A stretch of 59,259 nucleotides of DNA, taken from positions 1 to 59,259 of the IMG/VR virus record IMGVR_UViG_3300045738_001587; one strand, given 5' to 3'. Origin of the DNA: a virus. Taxonomy: Duplodnaviria; Caudoviricetes. The position numbers were made by a program, and so were the translations under genes. Below, in pieces: positions 44,333-54,139 of this stretch (position 1 is the first letter of the stretch; each line of letters begins with the position of its first letter). Under the pieces are notes generated by a model. That model made no database searches. It was not told where the DNA came from and saw only the letters and a program-made list of their open reading frames with translations.

Positions 44333-45356
44333 AACTTTTAATGTCAAACTACCAGAGATGGCCCCGAATAGGCTCGTGATTAGACACATAGCTCAGGCAC
44401 AAGGCGAAAAACCAGAAAAATATAATATCCTCACCTTTGCAGCTCACGAGAGATATCAAAGCCAGCTAGCCAAAACGGGACACAATTTCTATCTCTTTGA
44501 GACTGAAGGAATAAAAACTTGGAACGAGAACTTTGCCCCACTCCCAGACAACCACTATGTGCTTCCTAGGGAAACTATATATAGAGGTGTTAAGTTCGAC
44601 ATGATGTTATCTCATAGCAAGTTTGGTCAATTTCAGATAACACAGGTGTTAAATAAAAACTTAGACCTTCCGCTGATATCCTTAGAGCATACGGTTCCAA
44701 CACCAAACCTCAAAGACGAATGGGTAGAAGAAATCAAAAATATGACAGGAGACATAAACGTCTTCATCTCTGAATACTCAAAGGGCGTTTGGGGTTTAAA
44801 CACAGACAATATAGATATAATTCACCACAGCGTTGACTCTGAGACCTTCAAACCCATCTCCATTGAGCAGCAGCCTCACGTACTTAGCGTTGTAAACGAT
44901 TATAAGAACAGGGACTACTGCTGCAACTATAGCGGCTGGCTCAGAATAACAGAAGGCTTGAACGCCGTTGTGGTAGGTGAAAATGATGATCTGGGCAGCC
45001 CCGCTCCCTCTATTCAGGCGTTGGTAGAAGAGTATAATAAAGCTCAGGTATTCCTAAACACATCAACATTTAGCCCCATTCCAAGCGTTCTCCTAGAGGC
45101 TATGGCGTGCGGCTGTGCCGTTGTTAGTACGGCGACCTGCATGATACCAGAAGTCATTGAGCATGGCGTAAACGGCATGATGTCAAACGACGAGGACGAA
45201 CTAAGGGGCTATATAGACCAGCTTCTTGAGGATAAAGAGCTACGCGCTAGGCTAGGAGAAGAAGCCAGAAAGACTATAGTAAAAAAGTTCAGCGAAGAAA
45301 ACTTTTTAAATAATTGGAATAATATTTTCGATAAAGCATATGAGGTTTCCAAATGA
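44325..45356 (+). CDS. GT4 (GT-B) glycosyltransferase
   Basis: VD...F.P, FLNTS..SP.P..LLEAMACGCAVVST, PEVIEHG.NG. Confidence 0.85.
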   Translation: MAKTFNVKLPEMAPNRLVIRHIAQAQGEKPEKYNILTFAAHERYQSQLAKTGHNFYLFETEGIKTWNENFAPLPDNHYVLPRETIYRGVKFDMMLSHSKFGQFQITQVLNKNLDLPLISLEHTVPTPNLKDEWVEEIKNMTGDINVFISEYSKGVWGLNTDNIDIIHHSVDSETFKPISIEQQPHVLSVVNDYKNRDYCCNYSGWLRITEGLNAVVVGENDDLGSPAPSIQALVEEYNKAQVFLNTSTFSPIPSVLLEAMACGCAVVSTATCMIPEVIEHGVNGMMSNDEDELRGYIDQLLEDKELRARLGEEARKTIVKKFSEENFLNNWNNIFDKAYEVSK

Positions 45357-45769
45357 AAAAAATACATGTAGTGCCTAAGGGCAGCGAAACGATTAAAGGA
45401 TACGATAAAGTAGAAGTTTCGGAAGATGGGATTGACATGTCTGGCGTATCAGATAATGAGTGTTCATTTATACTAGCCTCCGATATAGTGGACGAAATCC
45501 CCACTGAAAGCATCACAGGGGCACTCTCTATATTTGTTAGCAAAATGAGACTAGGAGCAACCTTGATTACGGGGGGAACAGACATCAGGCTTGTTTCTAG
45601 GGCTGTGGTAAGGGGCGATATTAAGGTAGGCGATGCTAGCAAGCTAATGTCCGCGTCACAATCTTGCGTAGACCTCAACCTCACCGTAACAATACTAAAG
45701 AGCCTAGGCTTGACCATCAAGTCCACCGCGTATGAAGGGTTCAGATATGAAATTGAAGCCGTTAGATGA
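45353..45769 (+). CDS. Hypothetical protein, degenerate methyltransferase-like
   Basis: DNEC..I.ASD.VD.IP.......L......KMRLGATL resembles the post-motif-I part of class I MTases; no GxG motif. Confidence 0.45.
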   Translation: MKKIHVVPKGSETIKGYDKVEVSEDGIDMSGVSDNECSFILASDIVDEIPTESITGALSIFVSKMRLGATLITGGTDIRLVSRAVVRGDIKVGDASKLMSASQSCVDLNLTVTILKSLGLTIKSTAYEGFRYEIEAVR

Positions 45770-46496
45770 GTTTCTGTATACTAGCTGCAAGGGGTGTAAA
45801 TTTGCGGTCTATGACGAAAAGACACAAACTGGATGCCGGGCCGATCAGATAAAAAGATTCGGAAAAGAAAACATAATAGAAGCATATGACAACGAAAGTG
45901 AATTCTATGTCATCAAAACGATTTGCCCATATATGGTTCCGGCAGATTTAAATTGCACGCTTGAAGAGGCGCGGGAACACGCTACAGTGGTAACTTTTGG
46001 CATTGCCCTGCCCCTAACAGGCATAGAACAAAACTCCGAAGAAATCTCCAAGACAATACGCTCAATATGCTACGTGGACTACAGAAAAGAAGATTTCAAG
46101 TTGTCCATTTCTCATAAATACAACATAAACAACGACGAGAAAGATATCGTAAAAGACCAGATATCAATTCTTGACAAAGAGGGCGTTAAATCAAACATTA
46201 CAGTATACGCAAGCAGCGAATTTGAAGAGAAAGAAACATTCAAAAGCCTGAAGTATGCCAATTATGTTACAAAAATTAAGGTGGGAAATGAATTAAATAA
46301 GAATAGATTGAGAGAAATTGAGTCAATTGTTGGTAGCAGAGCGAGAAGACCTATCTTTTTTGAATCCCCCGAAGCAAACTTCGTTTTGTTCAGGTCAATT
46401 AGCTCTAGATATTATGAATACGGTGCAAATTATGATGAAACCGAACTTGGCATATCACAAGAGCTATCTGGGGACGATTTATACATAGGGCTATGA
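45747..46496 (+). CDS. Hypothetical protein with N-terminal Cys cluster
   Basis: SCKGC..GC..C; start uncertain (45732 or 45747). Confidence 0.6.
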   Translation: MKLKPLDEFLYTSCKGCKFAVYDEKTQTGCRADQIKRFGKENIIEAYDNESEFYVIKTICPYMVPADLNCTLEEAREHATVVTFGIALPLTGIEQNSEEISKTIRSICYVDYRKEDFKLSISHKYNINNDEKDIVKDQISILDKEGVKSNITVYASSEFEEKETFKSLKYANYVTKIKVGNELNKNRLREIESIVGSRARRPIFFESPEANFVLFRSISSRYYEYGANYDETELGISQELSGDDLYIGL

Positions 46497-47263
46497 GAAA
46501 AAGATTTATAACATCCCCAAGAAGCAGCAATAGGGAGATACCGGACTATACCATGACTATTGTGCTTTTGTGTGCAAACGCCGGACACAGAATGAAGTCC
46601 TACGGCCCAACCTCACTAGCCAAGCTGGGCCAGATAAGGCTTATTGATCTGCAAATGGCAAGCATAGCTAGGGTGTTCAAGGATTTTGAAGTTATTATTT
46701 GCGGCGGATTTGAATCAGATAAAATAGTAAAGCACCTAAGAGATAACTACAAGGGCGTTGGTGTAAGATTCGTTGAAAACCAACTATATGAGCATTCAAA
46801 TTGCTGCGAGAGCTTGCGGCTTTCTCTCAACAATATAGTAAACGATAAAATCTTGGTGTGCAACGGGGAGATAATACTGAACGATAACATACTCGGCCTA
46901 GTAGATGAAACTAGGTCTTTTGTTGTCTATGAGAAATTTGACAACCCAAGCTTTGATGTGGGGGTTATCGTTGACCAAAACGGCAGGACGGAGAACTTTT
47001 GTTATGGCATAGGAAACAAGTGGGCGGAAATACTTTTCTTGAATAATCGAGACGTAATAGAGGCTGTCAGGAAAATCATATCCGCGCCGGACTACAAAAA
47101 TAAATTCATATTTGAAGCCTTGAATGATCTCTCAAAAACAAGGTTCAGATTAGAGTCAATAGAAAACCCCAACAGGCCAATAACTAAAATAAGCAACATT
47201 AAAACTTATCACGAGGTTAGTAAAATTTATGCGCGTACTAATACAAAATTATTCAAGTCCTGA
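46493..47263 (+). CDS. NTP-transferase-like protein (sugar/choline-phosphate nucleotidyltransferase fold)
   Basis: LLCANAGHRMKSYGP, EV.I..GF, VEN..YE.SN...SL, NGE. Confidence 0.7.
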   Translation: MRKRFITSPRSSNREIPDYTMTIVLLCANAGHRMKSYGPTSLAKLGQIRLIDLQMASIARVFKDFEVIICGGFESDKIVKHLRDNYKGVGVRFVENQLYEHSNCCESLRLSLNNIVNDKILVCNGEIILNDNILGLVDETRSFVVYEKFDNPSFDVGVIVDQNGRTENFCYGIGNKWAEILFLNNRDVIEAVRKIISAPDYKNKFIFEALNDLSKTRFRLESIENPNRPITKISNIKTYHEVSKIYARTNTKLFKS

Positions 47264-48137
47264 TAGCACCGAGGCGATGTACTTTTGCCAAGCGTTGCAA
47301 TCTGCGGGCGTACACGCAGGGTTATGGCCCACAAACTCTATGAGCGCGTTTGATGCGTTTGATAAGTTTTCCCCCGATATATTCATAGTCAAATACGCCC
47401 ATCTCACTAACGACGCCTTGAAGTATCTAGGCCAAGCCCCAAACATAAACTGCGTCATCAACATGACCGGAGCGCAACAAGAGCATGTTGACATGCTGGA
47501 AGGGCTATCCGAGCAAATTAATATTCCTTTCGTATACACTAATGAACCAGCAGCCCTGCAAAGACTAAAGCAAAAAAATATAAAGTTGGCAAGCATCATG
47601 CCCGGAGCCGACATTTTCCTGAACATAGCAACAACGCCCCTGCCGGAGTTTAATATAGACCTTGGTATTGTCTCTAACTATGATTCAAAGTCAAGGCTAA
47701 AGGATATATATAAAGATTTCGAGAGCTACCATTTTATATCGACAAACGCCGACCTGACAGAAGCTCTGGATATTACTGCTCCTATAGTAAACTTGGTTTC
47801 ACTTTTGGAAAAATACGACAACATAATTATTTCGGAGGATGGGCCAGTCGTACCACAGGTCTTCTTTGAGGCAGCCGCCCGATGCAAAAGTGTATACTAT
47901 CAAACAAAATATGAGTCACATCAGCACAAGGTGTTACCGGTACTTAATAAGCTACTTGGATCAACAGGAGCGTTTGAGTATGGAACAAAGACTAGCGATG
48001 TAACCAAGAGGATAAGAGAGAGAAACACTTGCTTGAATAGAACAAAGAGACTCGCTTCATTGTTAAAGAACAGCGAAGTAGAATCCAGAATAGGAAAAAT
48101 GATAAAGGAATTAACTAATGATAACAGTAATTCTTAA
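47229..48137 (+). CDS. Hypothetical protein, divergent GT-B-like
   Basis: FD.F.PDIFI, P.AD, FFEAA, NTC..R. Confidence 0.5.
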   Translation: MRVLIQNYSSPDSTEAMYFCQALQSAGVHAGLWPTNSMSAFDAFDKFSPDIFIVKYAHLTNDALKYLGQAPNINCVINMTGAQQEHVDMLEGLSEQINIPFVYTNEPAALQRLKQKNIKLASIMPGADIFLNIATTPLPEFNIDLGIVSNYDSKSRLKDIYKDFESYHFISTNADLTEALDITAPIVNLVSLLEKYDNIIISEDGPVVPQVFFEAAARCKSVYYQTKYESHQHKVLPVLNKLLGSTGAFEYGTKTSDVTKRIRERNTCLNRTKRLASLLKNSEVESRIGKMIKELTNDNSNS

Positions 48138-48870
48138 TGGTTACAAGCGGCCGTACTCCCTCAAGGAGCAGTACGAAGCCATCAAGAACCAAACCATAGA
48201 CGATGCCACAATAATGTTTTGGGCTAACACGCCAGACGGTGTTCCAGATTTTCCAAAGGAAGTGGTTGACGCTTGCGAATCAACTATTTCTAATAGCAAC
48301 TATGGGGTCTGGGGGAGGTTTGCATTGGCACTAAACGCCAGAACCAAATATGTGTGCATCATAGACGACGACACAATACCGGGAAGAAAGTGGCTGGAGA
48401 ACTGTGTAACAACAATGCAGACCCACAGGGGGCCACTAGGCACTCGTGGATTGATTATGAACCCAGAAGACGACCGGAAGTATCCAGCGTGCGGCTATGA
48501 AGCCGTAGGCTGGGGCGGGCCAAACGAGGAAACGGTAAGGGTTGACATGCTTTGCCATTGTTGGTTTTTTGAAAAGGAATGGCTCAAGGCCTTCTGGTCA
48601 GACATGCCTGATGTTATACCAATGAACTTTGGAGAAGATATGCACTTATCATTTTCGGTAAAGAGACACCTTGGCCTGCACAGCTATGTGCCGCCACATC
48701 CTAAAGACGACAAGGAAATGTGGGGTTCCATGCCAGACACGGGGATTAAATACGGAGAAGATGAACACGCTATCTCTTGGGGGTCAGAGGCCAATATGGG
48801 GATGCATCGCTATTGGAATTTTATGAGAGACAGTGGTTATAAACTTGTGAGGGAAGAAAATGAAGTTTGA
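48118..48870 (+). CDS. GT2-like glycosyltransferase
   Basis: GYKRP, NQT, N.G.WGRF, IDDDT.PG..W, GED. Confidence 0.8.
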   Translation: MITVILNGYKRPYSLKEQYEAIKNQTIDDATIMFWANTPDGVPDFPKEVVDACESTISNSNYGVWGRFALALNARTKYVCIIDDDTIPGRKWLENCVTTMQTHRGPLGTRGLIMNPEDDRKYPACGYEAVGWGGPNEETVRVDMLCHCWFFEKEWLKAFWSDMPDVIPMNFGEDMHLSFSVKRHLGLHSYVPPHPKDDKEMWGSMPDTGIKYGEDEHAISWGSEANMGMHRYWNFMRDSGYKLVREENEV

Positions 48871-49618
48871 TACAGATAGAGACAAGGAATTTCAAAAAGA
48901 CCTAGAAAGTATCATAGAAGCCCTTCGGGTTGGTGAGAAAATTAGCTTCTCAAAGTTTTGCGATGGTGAGTGGGCGATTATGACCAACAAGCCAATGCCA
49001 GAAGTGCAACATAATGAGTGGACTTTTGACCCAAACGAACCCAATGACGCCGAAATGAGAGTTAGGCTTATAAAAGCTTTTCAATACAAAAACCCAAGAT
49101 ATTTTATAGGAATAGCGGGGCCAGCGATCTGGGGGGCACAAACATTTTTGGAAATGAAACACAACTCCCTCCAAGACGAAGAGATGATCACTTGGGCAGA
49201 CATATTTGTAAATGCAAATTACAGGCAATACGTTGACGAGATAGTTCCATTGTTCTCTGAAAAGCCTGTAGTTCTATTCTGCAACAGCGCGGCCAGCACC
49301 AAGGATGCTCCGTTCGATGTCGTAAAGATGTTTACAGTGGAAGACAGGGCTTGGAAAGAAGGATTTGGCTTGGTGGAAGAGACTAAAAGTTTTGTTGTAG
49401 ACAATGAAATAAAAGACCACATATTCCTCTTTGCTTGCGGCCCAATAGGAAACGTACTCTGCCACGAACTTACCGAGCTTAGTGAAGACAACACATATCT
49501 AGACGTTGGCTCTACGCTGAACCCTTACTTGGGCCTACAAAAGTATAATAGAGATTATTACGATCAGGACTCACAGTTTGCAAAGCATAAAGGTATATGG
49601 CTGTATGAGCAATCTTGA
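48860..49618 (+). CDS. GT-D fold (DUF1792-like) glycosyltransferase
   Basis: SFSKFCDGE, LFACGP, YLDVGS. Confidence 0.65.
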   Translation: MKFDTDRDKEFQKDLESIIEALRVGEKISFSKFCDGEWAIMTNKPMPEVQHNEWTFDPNEPNDAEMRVRLIKAFQYKNPRYFIGIAGPAIWGAQTFLEMKHNSLQDEEMITWADIFVNANYRQYVDEIVPLFSEKPVVLFCNSAASTKDAPFDVVKMFTVEDRAWKEGFGLVEETKSFVVDNEIKDHIFLFACGPIGNVLCHELTELSEDNTYLDVGSTLNPYLGLQKYNRDYYDQDSQFAKHKGIWLYEQS

Positions 49619-50570
49619 CGAGCTTAGGTATTTTACATACACGCACACGAACGCGGCAGATGTCTGGAGGCCTTACTTCGGCCTACTGGAAAAGCATAGT
49701 CCCGAACTAAAGCACACGGTGATTGTGAACAAGGTAAATGCTGATATACCTTTCTCCCTTAACGAGGAAAGCGACTTCTGCCAGCTAGAATACAACGACA
49801 ACGCAAACTATTGCCAAGAATATATAAACTGCCTATTGAAAACAAAGGAAGACTATATAATATATATGCAGGAAGACTTCTATCTTTATAAGGATATTGA
49901 TAGGAGTGCTATAGCGTCTTATATTGATGTGCTTGAGTCCGATAGAGAGGTTTCCTTCGTTAGGTTATGCAAGCAGCCCTTTTTTGATATAGGGCTGTTT
50001 ATGCCAGAGGCCATAGTGGAGCGCTGGCGTCAACTATGTAAAATTACACCGACTTGGCGTGCTATGGACGAGTACCGAAAGTTTGTTACAGAGACGGGCG
50101 TTAGCAAAAGCCAGATGGAGGAACTAAGGTGCATAGATACTTACACCAACAGCAATGTAAGTGAAATACCCTATTCAGACACTTTGTTCTGGACTCAAGA
50201 CCCGAGTAAAAAACTTACCGCCAAAATATCTTACTCTATGCAGCCTACCATTTGGAGAAAATCAGACCTAATCAATCTATATGAAAGATGTAACCGATAC
50301 AAATTTGGAGAAGGTGACGACTGGACTGACGCAATGAACAACGTTGGCACCAAGGGTCTATATCACTACGACGGTGAGCCGCAAAGAGGGCTTTTACATA
50401 GAGATTCAAATGTCTTTCCTTATGTCCTGACGGCTATAGTAAAGGGAATGTGGAACACAATGGAATACCCAGAAATGGTAGAGATTATAAACGACTATAG
50501 AATTGACCCTCTCGTTAGAGGTGAGCTAAACAGCAGCAATATGCACGGCAGCAGTTGGCATCAGGGGTAA
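49605..50570 (+). CDS. GT-A fold glycosyltransferase-like protein
   Basis: YMQEDF, VRL, SMQPTIWRK, A.VKG.W; ATG 49605 preferred. Confidence 0.65.
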   Translation: MSNLDELRYFTYTHTNAADVWRPYFGLLEKHSPELKHTVIVNKVNADIPFSLNEESDFCQLEYNDNANYCQEYINCLLKTKEDYIIYMQEDFYLYKDIDRSAIASYIDVLESDREVSFVRLCKQPFFDIGLFMPEAIVERWRQLCKITPTWRAMDEYRKFVTETGVSKSQMEELRCIDTYTNSNVSEIPYSDTLFWTQDPSKKLTAKISYSMQPTIWRKSDLINLYERCNRYKFGEGDDWTDAMNNVGTKGLYHYDGEPQRGLLHRDSNVFPYVLTAIVKGMWNTMEYPEMVEIINDYRIDPLVRGELNSSNMHGSSWHQG

Positions 50571-51319
50571 TGATGAAGAAAGTTATTTCTTTCGTGGCGT
50601 GGGGTGACAATCCCATGTATACACACGGCGCAGTCTACAACGCTAGATTAGCCAATGAAATTTTTCCGGGTTGGGTTTCGAGGTTCTATCTAGCCCCATC
50701 CGTCCCAAAATATATAATCACAGAACTATCAGGCATAGATAATACTGAAATAAAGCTAATGGATTACGAGGCAAATAACAGATCAATGTTCTGGAGGTTT
50801 TACCCAGCTTCTGAGGAAAATGTGGATGTCATAGTGTCCAGAGACACCGACAGCAGGCTTAGTCCTAGGGAGAAGGCCGCAGTCGATGAATGGCTATCCA
50901 GTGACAAGGGGTTCCACATAATGAGGGATCACCCATACCATGACATGCCCATAATGGGAGGCATGTGGGGGGCAAAAAGAGGAACCATACCTCAAATGAG
51001 AGACATCATATATCAGCACCTGAGAGACACAGAGTCTGAAGATCAGGACTTGAATGAAAGATACGGAAATGAAAGATACGGAGAAGATCAGGACTTGTTG
51101 GCCTTAAAGATATACCCCTTAATAAAGGACAACGTAATTGTCCACGACGACTACGAAGGCAGGTGGAGGACTAATGTATCCAAGTATCAAGAATGTGCTT
51201 CCCTGCCATTTCCAACGCCAAGAAATTTTGATGTCGATAGCCATGTCCCAATATTTATAGGTGAGCAATTCGACGGAACGTGCAGTAGACTACACCCAGA
51301 GTACTTAATGATACTATGA
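50570..51319 (+). CDS. Glycosyltransferase-like protein
   Basis: KVISF..WG..P.Y..GA..N, MFWRF, SRDTDSR...RE, FHIMRDHP.H..PIMGGMWG, DQ; TAATG coupling. Confidence 0.75.
   Translation: MMKKVISFVAWGDNPMYTHGAVYNARLANEIFPGWVSRFYLAPSVPKYIITELSGIDNTEIKLMDYEANNRSMFWRFYPASEENVDVIVSRDTDSRLSPREKAAVDEWLSSDKGFHIMRDHPYHDMPIMGGMWGAKRGTIPQMRDIIYQHLRDTESEDQDLNERYGNERYGEDQDLLALKIYPLIKDNVIVHDDYEGRWRTNVSKYQECASLPFPTPRNFDVDSHVPIFIGEQFDGTCSRLHPEYLMIL
51038..51097 (+). repeat. A-B-B-A arrangement of two perfect 15-bp units
   Basis: A=GAAGATCAGGACTTG (51038, 51083); B=AATGAAAGATACGGA (51053, 51068). Confidence 0.95.
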
Positions 51320-51356
51320 GATTTTTTAACTTAGATTACATGTGTCTGGAGCTGTA

Positions 51357-52118
51357 ATGAAGATATTAGTAGTTGGAGATGCGTGTACCGATGAGTATGT
51401 GTATGGCGATTGTGTTAGGCTGTGCCCAGAGGGCCCGGTTCCGATACTTAATGAATTAGAGAGAACCAAAACTCTAGGAATGGCCGCAAACACATACCAG
51501 AACATGCTTGTGTTTTGTTCTGATACTGAGCTAATATCTAACAACCCCATAGAAATCATAAAAACCAGATTCGTCGATAGAAAGACTAACCAGTTGTTAT
51601 TGAGGGTAGACACCCGCGACAGGACAGAAAGGATATCGAAACAAAATATTGACGAAATATGTGATAATCAATATGACCTAATAGTCGCATCGGACTACTG
51701 CAAGGGCTTTCTACATGATGAGGACTTAACTAAGATAGGGCGAGCAAGTGATCACATCTCAGTTTTGGACAGCAAAAGACCTATTAGCCAAAAGATTATA
51801 GACTCATTTGATTTTGTCAAACTCAATAAAAATGAATATAACAAGAATAAAGAGATACTAAGCCACCCCTCCAACAAGCGGAAAACCGTTATCACAATGG
51901 GCGGAGAGGGAGTAAGGTTTCTTGATGAAAAATATAAACCGGTAAAAACCCTGCAAACCTTTGATGTGTCTGGCGCTGGCGATGTTTTTACTGCTGTGTT
52001 TTCTTATAGTGTAGCCTGTGGGTTCAGTGTTAGTGATTCTATAATATCGGCACAGAATTGCTGTATCAAGGTAATCCAGCGAAGGGGAACATGCGTCTAT
52101 GAAAAAGATATGGACTAA
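51357..52118 (+). CDS. PfkB-family kinase, HldE/RfaE domain I-like (heptose-7-phosphate kinase-like)
   Basis: VVGD...D.Y.YG...RLCPE.PVP, GMAAN, KTR, LLRVD, SDY.KG, DVSGAGD. Confidence 0.85.
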   Translation: MKILVVGDACTDEYVYGDCVRLCPEGPVPILNELERTKTLGMAANTYQNMLVFCSDTELISNNPIEIIKTRFVDRKTNQLLLRVDTRDRTERISKQNIDEICDNQYDLIVASDYCKGFLHDEDLTKIGRASDHISVLDSKRPISQKIIDSFDFVKLNKNEYNKNKEILSHPSNKRKTVITMGGEGVRFLDEKYKPVKTLQTFDVSGAGDVFTAVFSYSVACGFSVSDSIISAQNCCIKVIQRRGTCVYEKDMD

Positions 52119-52494
52119 TGGATGCTTTGATGTTTTGCACTTGGGGCATCTTAGGCTTTTGGAATATGCAAAATCCTGCGGAGACTATTTGACCGTAGGA
52201 ATAGATTCCGACCGTAGGGTAAGGCAACTGAAGGGAACAAAAAGACCCATAAACAACGAATTTTTTAGAAGAGAAATGCTATCAGGTATTAGATGGGTTG
52301 ATAATGTAGTAGTTTTCGACTCCGACGCAGAACTGGAAAAATTGATTGAAACACATTCAGACCAAATGATTATTGGTTCTGACTACAGAGATAAAAGAGT
52401 AATAGGCTCTCAATATTCGGAAGTGGTGTTTTTTGACAAAATAGATGACTATTCTACTACGAATATAATAAAGAAACTTTCGGAGGAGCGATGA
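52099..52494 (+). CDS. Nucleotidyltransferase, HldE/RfaE domain II-like
   Basis: TNGCFDVLHLGH, VGIDSD..VR.LKG..RPIN, GSDY, STT. Confidence 0.9.
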   Translation: MKKIWTNGCFDVLHLGHLRLLEYAKSCGDYLTVGIDSDRRVRQLKGTKRPINNEFFRREMLSGIRWVDNVVVFDSDAELEKLIETHSDQMIIGSDYRDKRVIGSQYSEVVFFDKIDDYSTTNIIKKLSEER

Positions 52495-53195
52495 AAGACC
52501 GCGTTATATTTCTGGGCCATCTTGGTCTAGGAGACCATATTATACAACAGGGTATTGTAAATAGGCTCGCTAGTCAATACAAGCGTGTTTTGATTTTTTG
52601 CAAGAATCATAACCTAGGGTCGGTTAGATATATGTGCGACTCCAACGTGGATATCACGCCCGTAGCGGGAGACGCCGATGTGCATCAAATATACCCACAG
52701 ATAGAAAATACAGATATAATTAGTGTGGGTTTTTATAATAATAATTGGGAAAAGTTTCCCGCAAGTGAAACAACTTTTGATAGATACTTTTACGAACAGG
52801 CTGAGATGGATTTTGAAGTTAGCTATGAAGTCAAGCTTGATAGTCTTGTTGAACAAAAGGCCAATAGCAAAGTAATGGAACTGATCTCCCTCGACCCCCT
52901 CGTCGGTAAATATGAACCCTTTTGCTTTGTGCATGATGACAGAGAAAGGGGTTTTGAAATAGATACGAATAGAATAAGCCCACACCTTAAGATAGTTAGA
53001 CCTTCAGTCAGAGCAGAAAAGATATTTGATTATATACCATTAATACAGAAGGCGGATGAAATTCATTGTATAGACAGCTCCTTTGCTCTTATGATAGATA
53101 GAGTGGAAGTAAGTTGCGATAAATACATGCATCGCTATGCAAGAGAGAACAGTCTTAACCCCTCCTACAGGGAAGACTGGATAATGTTACAATGA
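52491..53195 (+). CDS. Glycosyltransferase-like protein
   Basis: HLGLGD, FD..FY, FVHDD..RG, A.EIHCIDSSF. Confidence 0.6.
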   Translation: MKDRVIFLGHLGLGDHIIQQGIVNRLASQYKRVLIFCKNHNLGSVRYMCDSNVDITPVAGDADVHQIYPQIENTDIISVGFYNNNWEKFPASETTFDRYFYEQAEMDFEVSYEVKLDSLVEQKANSKVMELISLDPLVGKYEPFCFVHDDRERGFEIDTNRISPHLKIVRPSVRAEKIFDYIPLIQKADEIHCIDSSFALMIDRVEVSCDKYMHRYARENSLNPSYREDWIMLQ

Positions 53196-53263
53196 AGGAG
53201 TTCGACGATTCTTTGCTAACCCCATTGGATATAGAAAAGAGCATAGACATAAGGACTTATTAG

Positions 53264-54139
53264 ATGCGCTACATTTGCTACAACTGGTTTCCAACAATAG
53301 CAGACCACTGCTTAGATTGCGAAGAGTCTGCGTACACACACTGTGGAGTAAGCAGGCTACACGACAAAATATTAGTCCCAGACCGCGTTTTGGACAATGA
53401 AACTGTTTTTGTAAAGTCAGATTTTATATACAACGGACTGTTTCAAGGAGAGATATTGCCAAAGATTAAGAGTCGATTTACTCTTATATCCGGGATTTCA
53501 TCTTTGCCCGTGGGTGACGGTGCCTCCATTCGCCCAATACTTGAAAATGATCTAGTAGAGAATTGGTTTTGCACAAACCCGCCTGTCTTAGAAGGCAAGC
53601 TTCCGAGCAAGGTTGTTCCCCTGCCAATTGGTTTTGAGGAAAAAGAACGTGAAGGCGGTGATCAAAAAATTATACATCGTAGGAGACTTGAGAGGATTCC
53701 ATTTGAAGAAAAAAAGGACAGAATACTCTTGCCACACCATAACTTTGGGACAAACATAAGCAGGCGAGAGTTATTTGAAAAGATCGCCAGCCTGCATTTT
53801 GTGGACACGCAAGAAAACAAGCTTACTTGGGAAGAATACATAAAGCTCGTGGATAGGTATAAGTTTGTCATTGGCTTGGAGGGCTCAGGCCACGATATTC
53901 ACAGGAACTATGATGCCCTTCTAGTAGACACTGTGCCGATAAACAAAAGAAATATCATAGAAAAGCTTTTTGGTTTCCATGAAATACCGGGAATATTTAT
54001 TGAATCTTGGGACAATCTAAACGCAGACAAATTTGGAAAAATTCTTAACTTACACCACGACTTTGAAAAGTCTGGCAAATTTCTACATATAGACTATCAT
54101 AAAAGTTTGATTGAGAAGTTTAAAACGGAGGATAATTGA
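53264..54139 (+). CDS. Exostosin/GT47-like glycosyltransferase (divergent)
   Basis: LPIG, T...R, YKFV...EG.G.D.HR.YDAL....VP. Confidence 0.6.
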   Translation: MRYICYNWFPTIADHCLDCEESAYTHCGVSRLHDKILVPDRVLDNETVFVKSDFIYNGLFQGEILPKIKSRFTLISGISSLPVGDGASIRPILENDLVENWFCTNPPVLEGKLPSKVVPLPIGFEEKEREGGDQKIIHRRRLERIPFEEKKDRILLPHHNFGTNISRRELFEKIASLHFVDTQENKLTWEEYIKLVDRYKFVIGLEGSGHDIHRNYDALLVDTVPINKRNIIEKLFGFHEIPGIFIESWDNLNADKFGKILNLHHDFEKSGKFLHIDYHKSLIEKFKTEDN

